NCBI GenBank assembly: GCA_017654855.1
Contig: CM030332.1
Span: 1,488,001 to 1,552,000, forward strand
Reading direction: 5' to 3'
DNA length: 64,000 bases
DNA from: Podospora anserina
Lineage: Eukaryota
Shown: piece by piece, positions 13,725 through 26,353 of the stretch
How positions within the stretch are numbered: the first letter of the stretch is position 1
How the letters are laid out: each line of letters opens with the position of its first letter
Program-made: the position numbers and the translations under genes
Notes under the pieces: model-generated
Told to the model about the DNA's origin: nothing
What the model saw: the letters and a program-made list of their open reading frames with translations, nothing else
Databases searched by the model: none

Positions 13725-14855
13725 TTACAACTTGTTTTGTCCCTCCTGGGGAATCTTGACAACAACCTTGCCCCAGGTTTCCCTGCTCCCGAGCGCCTTG
13801 AGCGCATCTGGCACAGACTCGAGTCCGACAAACTCCTTGTCTGTGAACTCAGTTCCCTTGAACTTGCCCTCGGCAATCAACTTCATGATGCCCTCCCACA
13901 CCTTGGGGACCGATCTAGTCTCCATCTTCTCATACATGCCCCAGTGAATACCGACCAAGCTGATATTCTTGAGCAAGACCTTGTTCATAGCCACCTTCTC
14001 GATAGTACCAGCGGCAAAGCCAACAATGAGAATGCGGCCGTTCCAAGCGATACACTTAGTACTCTTGTCAACCATGCCGACAGGGTCATAGACAATGTCA
14101 ACACCACGGCCCTTGGGCGTCAATTTCTTGACAATCTGGGGCCAGTTCTCATCGCGGTAGTCAACGACATGATCAGCGCCAAAGGACTTGGCAACCTCCA
14201 GCTTGCGGGCAGTGCCCGCCGTGGCGATGACTGTCGCGCCGTATGCCTTGGCGACTTGAACAGCAGCAAGACCGACACCACCGGCAGCGGCGTGGACAAG
14301 AACGTAATCACCCGCCTTGACGCCAGCACGGAGGACGAGGGCGCCGTAGCTGGTGGGGGCTGTTACGAACAGACCGGAAGCCTGGTTGAAAGACCATCCC
14401 TTGGGTACGGGAAGCATGGAAACCTCCTTTGCGACACACTTGGTGGCATATGACCCCTGGGTGGCTCCGAAGACCTTGGAGCCGACGGGGAACTTGGGGT
14501 TCTTGGACCCGGAAGGCGTGGCCAGCACGACTCCGGCGAATTCAGCACCAGAAACCCATGGGAAAGCTATTGCGAGGATCAGCACGGTGTCTCCAAGTGA
14601 TGGTGGGTGGTCTAATACATACGAGGTTGGTGCTGGTATTTGCCCTGAATTTGCAGGATATCAAAGAAGTTGGTTGCCGCGGCGTGGACCTCGATGAGGT
14701 ACTCGTCTGCGGCAGGCTTGGGATCAGCAAGCTCTGTGACCTTGAGCTCACCAGGAGCCTATCAAGAACGTATTAGCAATGTGTTTTACTCTGAGACGAG
14801 CTTCAGATTGAGTGCCTATTACCTTGACATAGGCCGACACTTGGATTCCCTTCAT
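13725..14855 (-). CDS. NADPH:quinone oxidoreductase / zeta-crystallin-like MDR protein, 3 exons
   Basis: MKGIQVSAYVK, NFFDILQIQGKYQ, PWVSGAEFAG, VLVHAAAGGVG, GVDIVYDPVG, WGKVVV. Ends in PTS1-like NKL. Confidence 0.9.
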
Positions 14856-15487
14856 GATTGTAGATGTAAGACGAACAGGCACGTGCACGGGGGGGCAAGG
14901 TGAGGTCGCGGGGGCAAACAGAAGCAAGATGAAGGAAGGGTATCCGAATGTAAGCAAGAAGTAGCATTAGAGTTGCTGTGGGAGGATGTTATATATATAT
15001 AAAAGACACCAATGCTACGCTAAATACTTGATCAAAAAAGAACCTCGGAAATGGTCTTCCATCGCCGTCGTCCTGTCAATGGTCCCTGATTCATTGGTAA
15101 GACGGCTTTGCCAGGGTTCAGTTCGCGGGGCAGGGGCCGAACCGAGGTTGTGGATTCCGGCGGCTGATTGGCTGCACACCGTGGAGCTCTCGGTGAGGAA
15201 GCGACGTCGATCCATCTTATCGCCAGACGCGCCGTTGCTTGCGAACCTTGAAGACCAAACTTGGCTTTTTTCCAACTTTTGAACCACCACTTTTCGCGCA
15301 ACTGTTCAACGAAGAAATTTGCACCCACCGCGGCGGCCCTCGCAATATCGAACGAAACCAACACAACAAGTTGCACAAAACAACAAAGTGACCAGAGCAC
15401 AAACTACCAACAATAGATCGTCCATAACGGCCACTCCCTCACCACCACAATAATAACTGATCGCAAAGATCACCACCCACCATCACC

Positions 15488-16255
15488 ATGGCGTTCCTCC
15501 CGCCCCCAGCCCAACAACTCCTAACCCACACACCCACCCCCTACACCTTCACCTTCACCCCCTTCCTCCAAAAAACCTACCAGCACTCCCTCCCCCCACC
15601 CAGCAGCAACCCCCCCTCAGGCGACCAACAACAATCCCAACCCAACAACAACAACACCGGCGGCTTCGGTTCCCTAGTCTGCAAACACTGGCTCCGCGGC
15701 CTCTGCAAAAAGGGCCTAACCTGCGAGTTCCTCCACGAGTACAACCTCCGCAAGATGCCCGAATGCAACTTCTTCGTCCGCAACGGCTACTGCTCCAACG
15801 GGGACGAGTGCCTCTACCTCCACATCGACCCCTCTTCCAAACTTCCCCCCTGCCCCCACTACGACCGCGGGTTCTGCCCCTTGGGGCCAAAATGCGACAA
15901 GAGACATTTAAAGAGAAACATATGTCTTTACTACCTCGCGGGGTTCTGCCCGGACGGGAAGCAGTGCAGGCAGGGGGCGCATCCAAGGTGGACGAGGGAT
16001 GAGCTGATGGAGAAGCCTACTATGAAGGTGGAGAAGACGGCGGAGGAGCTGGAGCGGGAGGAGCAGGAGAAGGAGAGGCATAGGGAGCGGGAGAGGGAGA
16101 GGGATATGGAACGGCGGGCGGAGAGGGATAGGGAGCGGGGTGGGGATGGGGATAGGCATGATAGGGGGCATGACAAGGGGGGGAGGTTTGGGAGGGGGGG
16201 GAGGGGGAGGTGGGGTGGGAAGAGGGGGGGGTATAGAGGGAGAGGGGGTCATTAG
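15488..16255 (+). CDS. YTH1: mRNA 3'-end processing CCCH zinc-finger protein (CPSF30 orthologue)
   Basis: [70 protein letters not shown]-rich tail. Confidence 0.95.
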   Translation: MAFLPPPAQQLLTHTPTPYTFTFTPFLQKTYQHSLPPPSSNPPSGDQQQSQPNNNNTGGFGSLVCKHWLRGLCKKGLTCEFLHEYNLRKMPECNFFVRNGYCSNGDECLYLHIDPSSKLPPCPHYDRGFCPLGPKCDKRHLKRNICLYYLAGFCPDGKQCRQGAHPRWTRDELMEKPTMKVEKTAEELEREEQEKERHRERERERDMERRAERDRERGGDGDRHDRGHDKGGRFGRGGRGRWGGKRGGYRGRGGH

Positions 16256-16886
16256 GAGGGGCCTGCATCTAGAGAGAGTGTGCTTACGGATGGGAGGAAG
16301 GGGAGGGGGAGGTGGATATACCAATATCCAGTGGTGCGAAACCTGGAAGTCGGCCACAAGTGAAAAAAAGAGACAAGTCTTCAGAACAGGAGTCCAGGCG
16401 CCGAAACGTCGCGAGAGAGTTCAGCGAGGCGAAGTGCTATGCGACTCGCCCCGCCTATCGAGAAGAAAATAAACGAGTGCCGACAAAAAAGGACAAAGAT
16501 CATGAGGAGAAGTAGCCACCATGATAGAGAGCGAGCAGGGGAGTCTGTATATGATTGACAAGTATCAATCCGCTTTTGTATTCCACACGAGGGCAGACAC
16601 AGAGAGGCGTTAGGGTTTATTCAAAAGAGGCAAGGTGGCAAGCATTAGGAGTTCGGGCCAACAGATATAATACAAAAAGTCTTACCTTTCTAGAGAAAAC
16701 TAAAAAAAAAAATGTTGGACGTTGTGTGGACTTGCCGTGATTCGAGAATGCACTCAAAAGAGAGACCCGGCCTCATTTGACCTCAGAATCACATCATGTT
16801 AATCCAGACACGAAAAAAATAAATAGAAGCATCGGAAAGCGTCATGTATTGTTTGTCCTCCTATCATCCAAAATTGTTCAAAAACC

Positions 16887-16923
16887 AAAAAAAAAAAAAA
16901 AAAAAGGAAAAAAAAAAAGAAAA
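16887..16923. repeat. Interrupted poly(A) tract
   Basis: Directly visible between the convergent YTH1 and DUF1776-like genes. Confidence 0.9.
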
Positions 16924-17412
16924 GACAACACCATTCAAAGTGGTTTATCCCCGCGTTTGCAACGAATTTAAATAATCAAGGACAATCAAGTCCGGCAAAG
17001 GATCGAGGAAGATGACCAGTCGCGTGAGTCGTGTCTTCCGCTGTCGTCTTCCGGACTTCATTGTCCTTGCTTATCTAGGTTCGTTGCACCCACAGAGATT
17101 TCCAACCTTGAATGGTGTCATGTAGATGGTAAAGACCATAGAATGAAAAACAGTAAGAGCAAGCTGTTCCCCACCACCGCCAATCAAACCCAAACCCGCC
17201 TCTCCCAAGTGTATATACCATGTCGTTGATATGTTTTTCTGTATCATTCATGTCCCCCATCCCTAGTCTAAAAGATGAGTAGAGATCCCTACCTCCCGCC
17301 GACATGCTTAAGCCTATTCCTGGCTCTGGTGTGTGTCCTGTGTTCCTCATATACAACCCCCATGCCTTTTTTTTTTTTTCTTTTTTCTTGTTTTGCCTCA
17401 ATCTCAGTCTTC

Positions 17413-19122
17413 TCAAGACTTCCACACATTCTCCCCCACGACACCTTCCAAAGGCGCCACACTAATAAAGCTCTCGCTCCCCGCCATCTTGTCCTCGTCC
17501 TCTCCATCATGGCTTCCTCCCCTTGGGCTCCCATGAGCACTGCCCTGCCAAGTAGCCAGCTCATCAACCTTCCTGATGCCCATGATGAAACAAACCATGC
17601 TCTTCGGCACCCACCGCCCAACAAAGCCATAGACACTCGCTCCCAAACCAACTCTCACTGTTGACGCAGTGATGGTGCCATCAATGACATCAAACACAGC
17701 ATCGTGCAAGTTCTTGAGGCTGGATCCTCTCATACCCCTGATTCCAGTTGTACCAATAGGGGAGGTTGACTGAGAGACAAAGTTCCGGGCGTAGGTCTTT
17801 CGGGCGGCATCGGGCCAGTTGTGGGTTTGTTCGACACCAGAAGCAGTGATGAGACCTTGATTGGCACGACCGGCCGTGCTAGATTGGAACTTGGTGCCTT
17901 GAGCTGGGGTGAAACCAGTGAAGTCGAAGGTTCCGAGCTGCATGTGAGTTACGGGGACCTGGAGCGGGCGAAGCTCGGCGGCGAGGACTTCTGTGAAGGC
18001 TGAGAGGGCGGAGCAGATGGTTGCTTCAGGGGCATGGAAGGGAGGGTTGATTGAGGAGATGATAGAAGGCGTGAAAACCAACACCTTGGGGGAGAGGTCT
18101 TCCTTTTCTCTTTGCTTGCTGGCGTCTTTGGCGAGACTGCTTGCGAGCTCTGTTGGTGGAGGAGGAGGATGCAACCTGGCAGTGAGGATGGGGAGGAAAG
18201 CCTGAATAGTGACGATTGGCTGAAGAAGATGAGTCTTGAAAAGGTCGGCGAAGCTGGAGGGAGGGATGGTGGCGATAGGTGAAGTTTGATAGTTGAGGGA
18301 GGGGATGAGAATAACGGATTTAAGGTGAAGGTGGGACTTCTTGCCCTTGGGGATTGCCGCGTGAGGTTCTTGGAGGTAGCGGGCGAACTCCTCAATTGAA
18401 GCACCGACACGGGTAGGCTGTGACAAACATGTTAGCCAGGTGCAGAAATAGGGGAAAAGGAGACGGGCTTACATCATTGATATCCAAAGCAAACGACCGA
18501 ATATCCGGCCTGGCCATCCCCTGAATCAAAAGTTCATCATCCCGCGTGTTGGCCACAATAAACACAATGAACCCCTTCCTCTCCAAATCCAGCGCCAACG
18601 ACCTCGTCAGCGGCAACGCAGGCGAACCAGCAATAACCACAACCTCCAACCTCCCCCCACTCCTCGCTCTCTTCGCCTTACGGTGCTTCCGTAGCGACAA
18701 GCTCGCCTTATACGACTTGTAAACCACCGTCCCCGTAGCCACAACAACAATACCCGTTAAGATCTTATGCCTCGAAACCCAGTTCTGCACCCTCTCAAGG
18801 GCCCCAACGGGCACAGCAATCACCGGCGGCGGCGGCGGTGCCTGAGGGCGAAACGATTCGGGAACCCATTCTGGCAAGTTCGAGAGGGTATCTCTCAGTT
18901 TGTCCGCAGCCTTGTCGACCGATCCGTTGACAAACTCGGCGACGTCACCAGTATATCGTTTGGCGTCGTCCGGGATGTACGATAACTAGAACAAACCCAA
19001 CCCCCTGCAATCAGCATAAACCAACCTCACACGACCACCACCAAAATGAGAACTCCCGAGCTCCACAAACGGGCAATACATACCAGCGTATCCAGAATCT
19101 CCTGGGGACTCGTTCCAGACAT
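17413..19122 (-). CDS. DUF1776-like fungal protein (YSC83-like, degenerate SDR fold), 3 exons
   Basis: TM helix ILTGIVVVATGTVVY, then RKAKRARSGGRLEVVVIAGSPALPLTRSLALDLERKGFIVF and PPFHAPE..LAAELRP. Introns approx. 19083-18986 and 18472-18418. Confidence 0.75.
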
Positions 19123-19995
19123 TTTGACAACTCTTTTCCCAACAGCACAATCCCGTCGTCTGTCTGTCTAGAGGTGGAGCGGGCGGGGTTTCCAGAAGAA
19201 TAACAGTCAGAGCATGGGTAGTGGACGGCGGTGAGCTGTATCTATGTATGTAGGTACCTTGACGGAGAAAAGAAGGAGGGGCCCGAGTTTTGCCCTTTGT
19301 TATCGGGTATCAATGTTATCGCTCGCGCCCCCCCAAAGTACAACCGCCGACAGCCGAATGGGCGAGTCAACGCCGGCAACGTCAGAGCACCCAGCGGGGC
19401 TGCCCCTCACCTTGCGGGGCTGGCAGCTCAGGTACGGTTCCCAAACGGGCTAATGATCGCGAGCTTAAATAAATGTTCTAGACTCGAACTTCTCCAACTC
19501 GACGACAACACAGAGCAGAGAAGTCGTTAGGCTCGCGAAAGGAGGGGTTGGTTGGTATGGAATCTCTTTCGAAGGCCTAACTGGTGAATCATCTGATTCC
19601 GTTAACGACGTGTTATTTCATTCCTTGTTTTGTAGGTAGGTATAACGAATATCCATGTGTTCGCAGATGCTTCGGGCAGGAATGCCTTCCCTTCAACCAA
19701 TGCTGGCGCATTTAAAGGTCAGCATCGAGAACTGCTCAGTTGAGCTCTGCCATCTGTCTTCGACCTAATCGAAATGGTCGAAGATAAACATGCACAGTAT
19801 AACTTCCGTTCAAACAGAAAGCTCGTATCCTCCGGGCACAGGGCACTAAACCAGCTTTACTTTGTTATCCGATGCTGGGAAATGCTAAACATCCATGGCC
19901 TCGCTGTGCCGGTCTACAACAGTCAATATCCTATATAATACCACCCTCGGCGCCCGGTACCATCTTCCGTACCCATAACGATTGTAGACACCCCC

Positions 19996-21984
19996 TCAAA
20001 CCCCCTTAAACGTCCTCCCCACAATCTCTCCCCCACAAACAACCTCCTTCTCCTTCTCGTTCAAAATGCTATTCCACATCCTCACATCCTCCAGCGTGAT
20101 ATTCCTTTCCGCCAGACTCCTCCTCAGTAAATCAATCTGTCCATTCCCTCCCCCAATCACATTCCTTGGCCCCCCACCCCGTTCTGGATCCCCAACAATA
20201 GGAGCCACAACCCCATCTCCTTGTTTCCCCTTTTCTCTCGACAACATTCCAAACCTCAGCCCCACCTCCGTGACTGTCACAATAATGCTGATAATAATCA
20301 GAATAATAATAATCCAGGTGATGTAGCTCATCTTGGAGTCGGCCACACTATCAGCGAGAATCTCGGACAAGTCCAAAAACACGCGGCACCGCTCGTTGAG
20401 CGTTTTGATACGTGGGTCGATTTCAAGGTACTCCCGGATCGCCACGTAGAGCGGGTGCAGCGTGGGCTCCGAGTCCCAGAAGAAGTTGGGTACATCGAGG
20501 ATATTAGATGCTGAAGACAGAGTTAGTTGTCCGCCCAAAACGTTGTGATGGGATATGCTTACAAAGATTAATATCCACTCTCGACTTGAACAACCTCCCC
20601 AAAATCTTCACAATCTCCGTCCGGGTCATGTTGAGCTCCCCTGTCATAGCTAACCGCTTGGGCACATGCTGTGCGTCCGACATCGTCTCCGACATGCGCT
20701 CCTCAAAGAAACACAGCTTGGTACTCTGAGCGATAGCATGGCTAATCGTCAACTTGACCATGTGATCTGAACGCGGCAGCAGCGTGATCATGTCGTTGAA
20801 TACACGCGGCCGCTTGACATCAGCGCTGTACTCGAAGTGGAACTCCTCCATCTCAAAGTCGGCCTCGTCCAATGGTCTCGTCGCAAGCGCAATGTTTGTC
20901 TCGTGCTCTGAAAATGCCAAATCCGCCAAGATATCCTTTTCTTGTCGCTCAGTAAAGTTCCAAAACACCACCACTCCGTACGAGAAGACAAACATCTCCG
21001 CAAAGTGCTTGGCATCTGGAACCAACCGATTGATGGGGTTCACCGTAATCTGTTCCACTTGGTGATCGTCCGGTCTCCCGATCGAGTCAGGTGCACTGCT
21101 CGCCTGTTGCAGCACCGTCCCCGTATCAGGACTTCCGCCCAGTCCCTGCGCACCATACGAGTACTCATCCCAGTACCCCTCATGTTCATCCCTCCTCTCA
21201 CTCCTCTCAATCTCCAAATCCAGCACCGTCTTTCCCGTCCCTGGCGTCTTCAACACCGGTCGACTCCTTAGCCTATACCCATCCACACCAGGCAGCAATG
21301 GCAAGTGATAGACGATGTACAAGCAATCATCATACAGCTTCGTCTTGGCCTCATGTTTCGTCTTCAGAAACTCCGCCGTCTCCTTCACCTTGAACGCCTG
21401 AGCCGTACAATACGCCGTCAACCTCGAAACCTTCTCCCCTCTCTGCATCTTAGGCAGCCGCTCCGCATAACTCTTGCCGCGAATTCCGCCCCTCTTCCTC
21501 AGCACGTCTAATTCCTCGTCTTTAAGCGGTCTGTTCTCGTCTTCGCCGCGCAGTATCGACACCCGCCTAGCCGCCATCTCATCATCACTGACATCATCAT
21601 CGACGGGAGCCTCAGGGAGAAGTACGAGCTTTTCGCTAACCTTCGTTGTGCGGGACGGGACCTGCTGGCCGGTTCGAGCAGAGGCGAAGGTAGGTACACC
21701 ACTTGGGCGGCGCACATTGCGTGCTGGTCGCTGGCCTGGATGGCCTCGGGGCTGGCCGGAAGGAATATCTGATGAGTACTGAAGGATGTTGTCGACTGAT
21801 ACGAGACGGGTGCTCGGTCGCCCAGCGCTACCCATTGCTCCTGGTCGTTGTGTGCCATTGCGAGCTGATGGCCGTTCGCGGGAATCGGTGACCTGAGACA
21901 ATCAACGGTTAACTTCATCATTGTCATCTGAAAAAGGTGGTTCCTTCCTACCAAGACCGACGGTGCTCGTTTTGAGGACGCCAT
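19996..21984 (-). CDS. RMD1: RMD1/Sif2-family protein (DUF155), 3 exons
   Basis: RLTAYCTAQ, EMFVFSYGVVVFWNF, KLTISHAIAQSTKL, NILDVPNFFWDSEPTLHPLY..REYLEIDPRI..LNER; C-terminal TM WIIIILIIISI. Introns approx. 21951-21893 and 20562-20511. Confidence 0.88.
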
Positions 21985-23147
21985 TCCGCCAGATATCAGA
22001 TGTCGCTGTATCTGTTCCCACTATCCGCCAGTTACCAGATTGAGCGGTGTAACAATCCCCCTTCACAAACTCTCGTGTATAACGGTTCTGAGTGCTGTCG
22101 TCAAAAGTCTGCAATCCTCCGAATAGTACAAAATGTCTTCACTTTTGATGCGCGCGGTGGTTGGTCCTTGCCGAATTGGATTGATGGGTAGTAACAAGGA
22201 AAATGGAGAAAAAGAAACGCCCAGAGATCGGCTCTGCAACGCCAAAGCCAAGCGACGTCATTGCGCCCAGGCCCCACTGAGCTCTCCGCAGGACCGCTGG
22301 GATCGACTCCCGAGGCTGGATTTGGCAGTTTGTCAGTGTAAGACAAATATGAAAGCTCCGGATGATCAAGTTTTCTAGCCAGTCTGAATGTAATGTAGCG
22401 AGATGCCTGCTTCTATATAGGGTATTCGGAGGATCACAGCTCTCAAGCATGCTGGATTGGTTCTCGTTGTTGTTATTTGGTTGGGAAAGCGTTCGCCCTG
22501 GACAAAATAATGGTGTTGTAAGTAATAACATGTGTGATAACTGTCAACTTATGCCAGTGATTTGGTCCATGACGTGCCCAGGCGCTGAGATACATGTTCA
22601 AAGACGCGTTCTAGAAAGCCATGGAGACGGACCTATGTAAGAAACTCACGTATATTCATTTCTTGCAGAAGCGAATATGTACTAGCTAGTTGCCTATCTG
22701 GCGTCGATATTCTCATTCTAAATCCGCAGAACCCAAGCTCTCAGACTCCCAACTCCAACTCACAAAAAGCAGCTTCAGGTATTAATTACCATTTCAACCC
22801 ACAGTCTTGCCATTCTCCCGCCAACTTGAAACAGCCCAAAAATCTTGAGGAAAAAGAAATAGAAAGCACATAATCGGCCCCATCCCAAGTCTCACACAAT
22901 CATGCACAGTTCACCAGACGCCTCTCCACAGTCCAGCAGGTCCTCACCAGTTCCCGAGCCTGTGCCTCCTCCAACTCCGCTTCCTCCCTGTTTTCCCCGG
23001 CCTTTACTCTCTCGGCTCTAGACATATGTATGTTCACTAAGCAAGACGGTAACCACCTTGGGTAGGTACATTACAAAGCGTTCAGTATTATGAGAAATAG
23101 GAACCAGAAATCTAGCCTAGCATACGGAATCAAAATGCAGAAAAAAA

Positions 23148-26100
23148 TCAGAGAATGAGAATCTGAGGGCGTGTTTCCAACCTCGAATATCTTGTCCGAC
23201 AGCAATGCCAACAAAATTCATCTCCTTCCAGAATCGCAGTCTCTGCCGTCTTGCCTTGCTGGGCAAGGATAGAATCAGCCGCCAGTCTTGCAACGGCATT
23301 GTTGCGTGTTTGTACAACACCTGTGCAAGGGGGCTGGTCGAGGAGCTCTTCCTGCGAACCAATGGAAACAGCATCCCAATACTTCAATGGCAATGAATGC
23401 CCGAACTGGCAATCCCGATGGGGGAATGATACGGTGTTGATCACATCCCTGTTTTGGCTCCTTTCAACACCAAGGACATCAATGTCCGCGACCCATCTGC
23501 CTTGGTCCTGCACCGAGACTGCTGGCTCAAGCAGAAATATCTCTTGGTCTATTTCTCCCTTGGGGCCCGGAGCCAAGGGCACTGTCCAGTTGGTGAACGA
23601 AAGCTGCAGCGAGGTTCCTTTGAAGTTGTCCTCACAGGTTCCGTCGAAAACATGATGAGATACTATCAGAGCATCGTGCCCGATTTGTCTTATACGAGGT
23701 TTGGTTGGCGACACGAGACATACCATCCACGTCTGGCCAACATTGCCAACCAGATGCCGAATGCCCAAGTTGAATGGGCTGGTACAAGGGTCGGAGAGCA
23801 ATATGTCGGCGACATATATGGAGTCGTCCGAGCATAACGCAATGACATCCGCGAGATTCGCAAGGTCTATATCGAAGCGGCCGGACTCAAACATTGCTAT
23901 ACAGGTGAACAACTCCGCGCGTGTCATCTGTTTGAAATATTCCTCTGCAGATTTTTCAGCAGTATTGGGCAGACAGAACCATTTCGCGGCTGTCAGCGTG
24001 TGCTCGATGATTTGCAGCGACACGGTAGCTTGTGCCATCCTTTGGTAGACGTGGGCTGCAACTTCAAGGACTAGAAAAGACTGGAGCAGGTCGGGTGGCT
24101 GCCGAAACCCACTGCTAACCAAATAAGAGACAGTCCTGTCGGATTTGAGCTTCGCAATTGCCAGAGCTTTCCCAGTAACTGAAGATGTCTTCAGAGGCCA
24201 ACAAGACGGGAGGGGAATCCTCCTTAGGCTCAACATCCATCGGATTAGAGAATGATTCGGTGGAAAATTCAGACTTCCAACTAGCTGTTTCTGTCCAATC
24301 TGTAGGTAATCCCGATTTATGGTCCACTGGCTCAGAAGATCCTGTGGGCGGCCCAGCTTCACAGTCGACTTGTTCAGGTTCTTGTGTATAGTTGTGTTCA
24401 GGGTTGTAGTTTACGTAGAGCCGCTCCCATCCCGGAGTCTCAGGGGAGGTCCCCTTGAAGGCTGTTGGCTCTGAGCATTTCCGTTTCCGTTTCCGTTTCC
24501 GTTTCCGCTCCCGACCGACGGCTGCCTCTGTCAGGTCATCAGAAGAAGAGTTTGTCTGATGTGTGGTTAGCTCTGTATCGACGTGCCACGCCAAATATCT
24601 CTAAGGGTACATTGCGATGTGAGTGCCAGGTGAAAGATTTATGAGCCAATCCGAACATTTCTACCTGCAAACACCTTGTTTGTTCCAGCTGGTATAGCGC
24701 CTTTTGCCGACTGGCAAGCAAAAATACCCATGACAACATATTCTTTGAGTCCAGATAAGTCCACGTGCAACCATCTGGCATATCGCTTTCTAGGGATGTA
24801 ATCTTAGCTCAACGCGCCATAGTGTTGGGTTTGCCCAGCAATATGATCCTCGATTGGATGTATCGTCGTCCATTCAATATATCTCTGGCCTCGAATGTAA
24901 GACCGGTACGTGATTATTGCATTCTGGGCTTTCAGATCCAGGTGTGGTGAAGTGGCAACTTGGCGCAGGTAGTGAATTCCGGCACCAATGGTTATGCCGC
25001 AGCAGAGAGCCTGCATAACACGGGGGTTACAAAGCCCAAAAATTCTATGTGCTCGCCGCGGCGAAGAGAATCCCCCAGGAGGCCCCTTTTTCGTCTCCAG
25101 CCGTATTTGATAAGTATTACTGCGGAATATTTCTCTTTCCCGTCGAGTTCTGTGACCACCGAGCAGAGCCTTGAAAGCCATGATCTAGGTGCGCGACCGG
25201 ATTTCACATGGCTCAAGACCTTTCCCAATTCTGCGAACCATGTCATGGCGGCTTCAAAGTCGGTGTATCCAACCTCCCCCCGGCGGAACAAAGCCCGGAG
25301 AGCAACAGGCCAAAGTTGAGGCATGTAAATGCGACTCAGCTACTCGTGGCTGTGGACTGTGACCGGAGCACCGTAATATTTTAAATGAGACAGGGCGAGG
25401 GACCATTGGGTAAAGCTTTCGGAGGATTCGCCCCTGTATTCCAGTCCAAGGCTCAGGACTGCCAAGTTGGGGAAGAGGTCGTCAGAAAAAGTAACTTTGG
25501 TAGCCTCAGCCTGAAAGACAAGAAGATTGGGGAACAAAGTTCCAAGCCGATATGCCCCTCAATACCGATCGATCGCAGGCCTGCTGAGGAGTGTTATGGA
25601 GGAGTTTCTCAAACACCTCCATCGCCAGAGTCCAGGTAATGACGGCAGTTTCGTACGTGGATTTACCTTTAGGGTAAGGAATGTTGAGGTTCTGGGCGAT
25701 CAAATCGAATTGGGAATGTTGGAACTTCATCGAGGCTTCTGCCCTCCTCAGCCAAGACCGTGCGCTCGCATCCCAAGATGCTAATTCGGTTCTCGTATAA
25801 GCTTATTGAGACTTCAGGTTCGTGTGCGGGTTGACGAGTTTTCCACTCTCAAGGTCGGCTTTGACAGTCCGTATTCTCTTCTCGACCAGCTCAACCCGTA
25901 TCGACGTGGCTGCCTTGGCCTCCCAAGCATCTGCGAGCTTGCAGTCCAGTAGAAAGACACCAATTAAGGAAGGCCCAGATGTCGCAGCAGCCCATATAGA
26001 GGTACAGTCCGCTCCAATGAAAGGTTGAAAAGGGCCATCTCTCTCTGATCCCTGGGGGTTGATACCAGAGCGGGCCAAGATTTCGGGACGCGACTACCAA

Positions 26101-26353
26101 AAGTCTTGAATAATCTTGGTGTTTCGGGAACGAGCTCATGGAAAAGAAAGCCGAGCTTACAAGCCGTTCGATGGATTTCGCCTTTCTCTGCTTCGTGTTT
26201 TCTTTTGAGTGTCAATGCCAAGCCGACAGGATGGTACTCAGGCGAAGGTGCGCAACGCCACAGCGAAAAGTCCAGGTTAATATTGACCAAAGCAAGAGTG
26301 TTTTCGATTTGGACGGCGACCCGGGACACGTTGAGCTTGCCTAGAGAGTTCAT
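23148..26353 (-). pseudogene. Disrupted gene for a ~1050 aa uncharacterised fungal protein
   Basis: Collinear minus-strand fragments (ENTLALVNINLDFSL, GADCTSIWAAATSG, WDASARSWL, WSLALSHLKYYG, CIAMFESG, LVGNVG, GTSLQLSF, WVADIDVL, CWHCC). Broken by in-frame stops at 25803, 25340 and 24804 and frameshifts near 26087, 25540, 25050 and 24140, with no convincing intron signals seen at the breaks. Confidence 0.8.
24478..24507. repeat. (TTTCCG)5 hexamer repeat
   Basis: Encodes RKRKRKRKRK (NLS-like) on the minus strand inside the pseudogene. Confidence 0.9.

Noticed and set aside
25340-25342. Premature TAG as an A-to-I editing target (sexual-stage stop correction)
   Set aside because: The same gene also has TAA stops and frameshifts that this edit cannot repair.
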